Positions 61,128 to 64,000 of a stretch of 64,000 nucleotides of DNA are shown piece after piece. Source of the stretch: the human T2T-CHM13v2.0 reference genome, Homo sapiens. The first letter of the stretch is position 1; the number at the start of each line of letters is the position of its first letter. Position numbers and translations under genes: made by a program. The stretch lies in assembly GCF_009914755.1 (NCBI RefSeq), contig NC_060942.1; one strand, 5' to 3'. The notes below the pieces were generated by a model that was not told the DNA's origin, searched no databases, and saw only the letters and a program-made list of their open reading frames with translations.

Positions 61128-61624
61128 CCTAACATGTTGAAATGTATGGAGAGGTGGCTTTCAGCCTACAAAGCGTGTGATAATTGATATGCAAATCAAT
61201 GAGGTAAGGTAGCAAACCAAGGTAACACTCAAGGGTTATTCTATTGGCACAGGAAGGCTTGTCATGGAAAGCCATAGAAAGGCAGCAGGAAGTGAGTGCT
61301 CAATCAACTCCTTGCAATAAAGTCAGCTTCTTAGAAACTGGCAGATTATGCTCATTTCGAGTATCACTTAGGAATGATGACTTGAAAGAAGTTCCAGCTC
61401 AACAAAAACTATGATTCCTGGAGATCAGAAAACCAAGTGACAACTAAAGATGCTTGGCCAAGAAATCCAAACACTGTAATATAAATAAGGTGATACACAG
61501 GTAAGTGACCCAAAGATGAAGATGAGTAAGTGACCGTCCCAAGGTCACCTTGAGAATTCAGACATGTGGATGAGGTGTTATAGATGGAAAGCCCCAATCC
61601 TGGTGTTTGTATTAAAGTGGATCT

Positions 61625-61790
61625 ACAGGAGTCAAGTTTTCTTTTGTAAGGGGCTAGGCAGTAAATATCTGGGACTTTGGGGGCCAAATTGGGATTCTGT
61701 GTGTTCTTTTGCAATGCTTTCAAGACAAAAACTACTCAAACTATTAGTAGTACAAGAACAAGCCATGGGCCCTAGTTTGCCAATCCCTGC
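61625..61790. mobile_element. MER58-like hAT fossil
   Basis: ttttgtaaggggctaggcagtaaatat..tagtttgccaatccctgc. Confidence 0.6.
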
Positions 61791-62749
61791 TCTCTACCAA
61801 ACTCCCAGGATTAGACGCTACCTGTTGAGAGCCCCCCTGTATCTCCCACCAGTTCTGTTTACATAGCCTCCTGTGGGACAGCCCACGGGGCTGACATCCG
61901 TCCCTGTCATTCCCAGAGGGCCAAGGATGAGAAGCTTCACTCCAGATGAGGCAAATAGAATGTCCCACAGGAGTGGCCAAGAAGGAAAGGTCTAGAACGG
62001 ATGTGGTCCCAGTTTCTGAAGTCCTCAAGGTCATGGTAAGATGAACTAGTTCTACCACAACCAATAAGGTGGCAACATATTCATCCAAGCTTTCACATTG
62101 GCTCTTGGCACACATGGATCATACCTTAAAGCTAGAAAGATGCGACATTTTGCTTAATGAGGATTAAGTGTGTAGGCATCACTACCACCCCATTCTCTAC
62201 AGGTGTTTCAAGCTGGAAACTAACTGTTCAAGAAGTGTCACATACTTATATGATGACAGATCTATAATGCATTATGTGGAGAGTCAAGCAATGTTGGAGG
62301 GGCATGCCTTCTTTAAAACTCTGCTTACAGTCACTGTCGGAAAACATGATGCTGGCCTAGGTGAACTGGGCTTGGGGTATTTGTCCCCAGTGGGGCAACT
62401 CTGATGCTGCTATCCACATCACAGGTCACATGAGAAAATAACACCTCCTTTTTGTAATGCTTTCACATTGCAATAATTCTTGGAAGAAACTTGCGGTACA
62501 TGCTAAGTTCTTGCTAGCGCCTCTGCAGAAAACCTTCTGTTACCACCATCCCTGGGTTTTCCTGACTCTGCTTGAAGCTGTGGGATTTCTGTTGCTGAAA
62601 GGACACAGCTGGGCTACTGGCAATTAAGATCTTAACCTCCAAAGTGTGACATTAATCAAATGTATGTCCAAAACAAGTATCTTAAAAAGGTCCCAAAGGA
62701 AATCTTTGGGTCAAAATTCCTTTACTGAAAGATAAAGGGAATTAAAATT

Positions 62750-62875
62750 CCTTGAGGACAGAGGATTTTTGTTGTTGTTGGGGGTTTGTCCAATTTTCAG
62801 ATATATTCTAAATGTCTAGAACAGTGCCTGGCAGATTGTAAGCACCCAACAAGTATTCGTTGACTAAGTAAATGA
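62750..62875 (+). mobile_element. L2 3' terminus
   Basis: tccttgaggacagagga..tctagaacagtgcctggcag..aagtattcgttgactaagtaaatga. Confidence 0.7.
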
Positions 62876-63814
62876 AGCTTGTTCATAAGATTAAAATTAG
62901 TCAATAGCTAATTAAAACACTATTTAAAATGAGTCAATAGCTTCGCAGAAAAAAAGGACCTCACTTGGCAGAAGAGGAACTGCAGATGTTATAGCTGTTT
63001 ACTTTTTCATCCCGCAAATAAAAGCAATAATCTAAAACAGAATGTGATCTTTGTTCTCTAGATACTCAACAATGCCTCAAATGCCAGCAGACCCTCTAAA
63101 CTCACAAAAGGAGCTCCGGTCCTGCTGAGCAGGAGAACAGCAGGGTTTGGGAAAGCTGCTGATTGAAATGCAAGCCTTCTCCTGAGAAGATAGAATATCT
63201 AGAATCAAGAAAGAGGCATTTGGCTTTTCCGGGTGCACCCACCCCAGCTTCACTTACAAAGGATGAAGTTAACCATAGGAAGTTGGGCAGCAACCAGAGT
63301 AGCAACTGGATCTGATCTCAAAGGACACACCAGTGAAAGAGCAGCCTTTTGTGGTTACTGAGTTAAAATTGTTTCCAATTACTCCGTATTGTTTCTCTGA
63401 GAGTGAGTGAGAAGTGATACAGAACCTTCCCTCCCTCGAACACCTGTTCTTGTGGGAAGGCGGGGGACCCCCTTTAAAACCTTGATCCTCTACTCCAAAG
63501 CCAGTGTCTGTGGCACAATTAAACACACGGGCAGGAACCCACATGTCCTCTTCAGGTGTTATTTAAGATGGCAAGTTCAAGGAGTTAGCTATAGCTGCCA
63601 GAATCTAGCACCTGTTACACATTAGCAATTAAAGTTAAGCGGATCTAACTTGGAACCAATGAAAATAATGGCAGCTTCTCAGAGGTCCAGTTAATCTCTG
63701 GTTTTTAGAAGAGTCTTCCTAGCTCAGATTTTAAATAAAGCACATTTGGATAGCAAGAGAAGTTCCTGAAGACCTAACAGATTTCAGTTAAATCTTATTG
63801 TTTACTTTTAACAT

Positions 63815-64000
63815 AGTCATTCTGTCATTCAGCAAATATGTATAGAACAACCTCTCTGTCCAGGCATGGAGCCAGCCTCTGAGGATATAGTCATGAATGA
63901 GGACAGATGGCTCATGCTCTCAGAGGGTTGACAGCCCATGCTAGAGATGGCCTAACACAGGAGAGGAGAAGCTGCCTTCAGCATGCAAGGTGTGTCATTC
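63815..64000 (-). mobile_element. L2 3' terminus
   Basis: tcattcagcaaatatgtat..ctgtgtccaggc..atgctctcagaggg. Confidence 0.65.

Noticed and set aside
62891-62942. 19-bp direct repeat with a short spacer; similar short duplications at about 8071-8107, 42862-42900 and 58693-58735
   Set aside because: Ordinary slippage duplications with only two copies; not a CRISPR-like array.

Overview
Primate (human-like) genomic DNA with no recognisable protein-coding exon, RNA gene or CpG island. It is most likely an intronic or intergenic interval. Much of the window is transposon-derived: about 35 Alus (31 on +, 4 on -), a large nested ancient L1M with a younger L1PA inside, a 5'-inverted L1PA, MaLR/ERV solo LTRs (MLT1, THE1, MER4, LTR33-like), hAT/Tigger DNA-transposon fossils (MER1B, MER5, MER58, MER81, MER82, MER91), L2 and MIR. 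The ORF-track entries are Alu- or L1-derived or chance ORFs. Repeat family names come from recalled consensus sequences, not a database search, and boundaries of old elements are approximate. The most unusual structure is a composite local duplication at 37326-37544: a 114-bp perfect direct copy joined to a ~90%-identical inverted copy. Other points of interest are a strong Alu strand bias suggesting a minus-strand host transcript, two candidate minus-strand exons, convergent CTCF-like motifs (one inside a hairpin), a twin-primed L1 with a large internal deletion and several nested insertions sharing target-site duplications (TSDs). I cannot name the host gene and see no evidence of a new multi-gene system.
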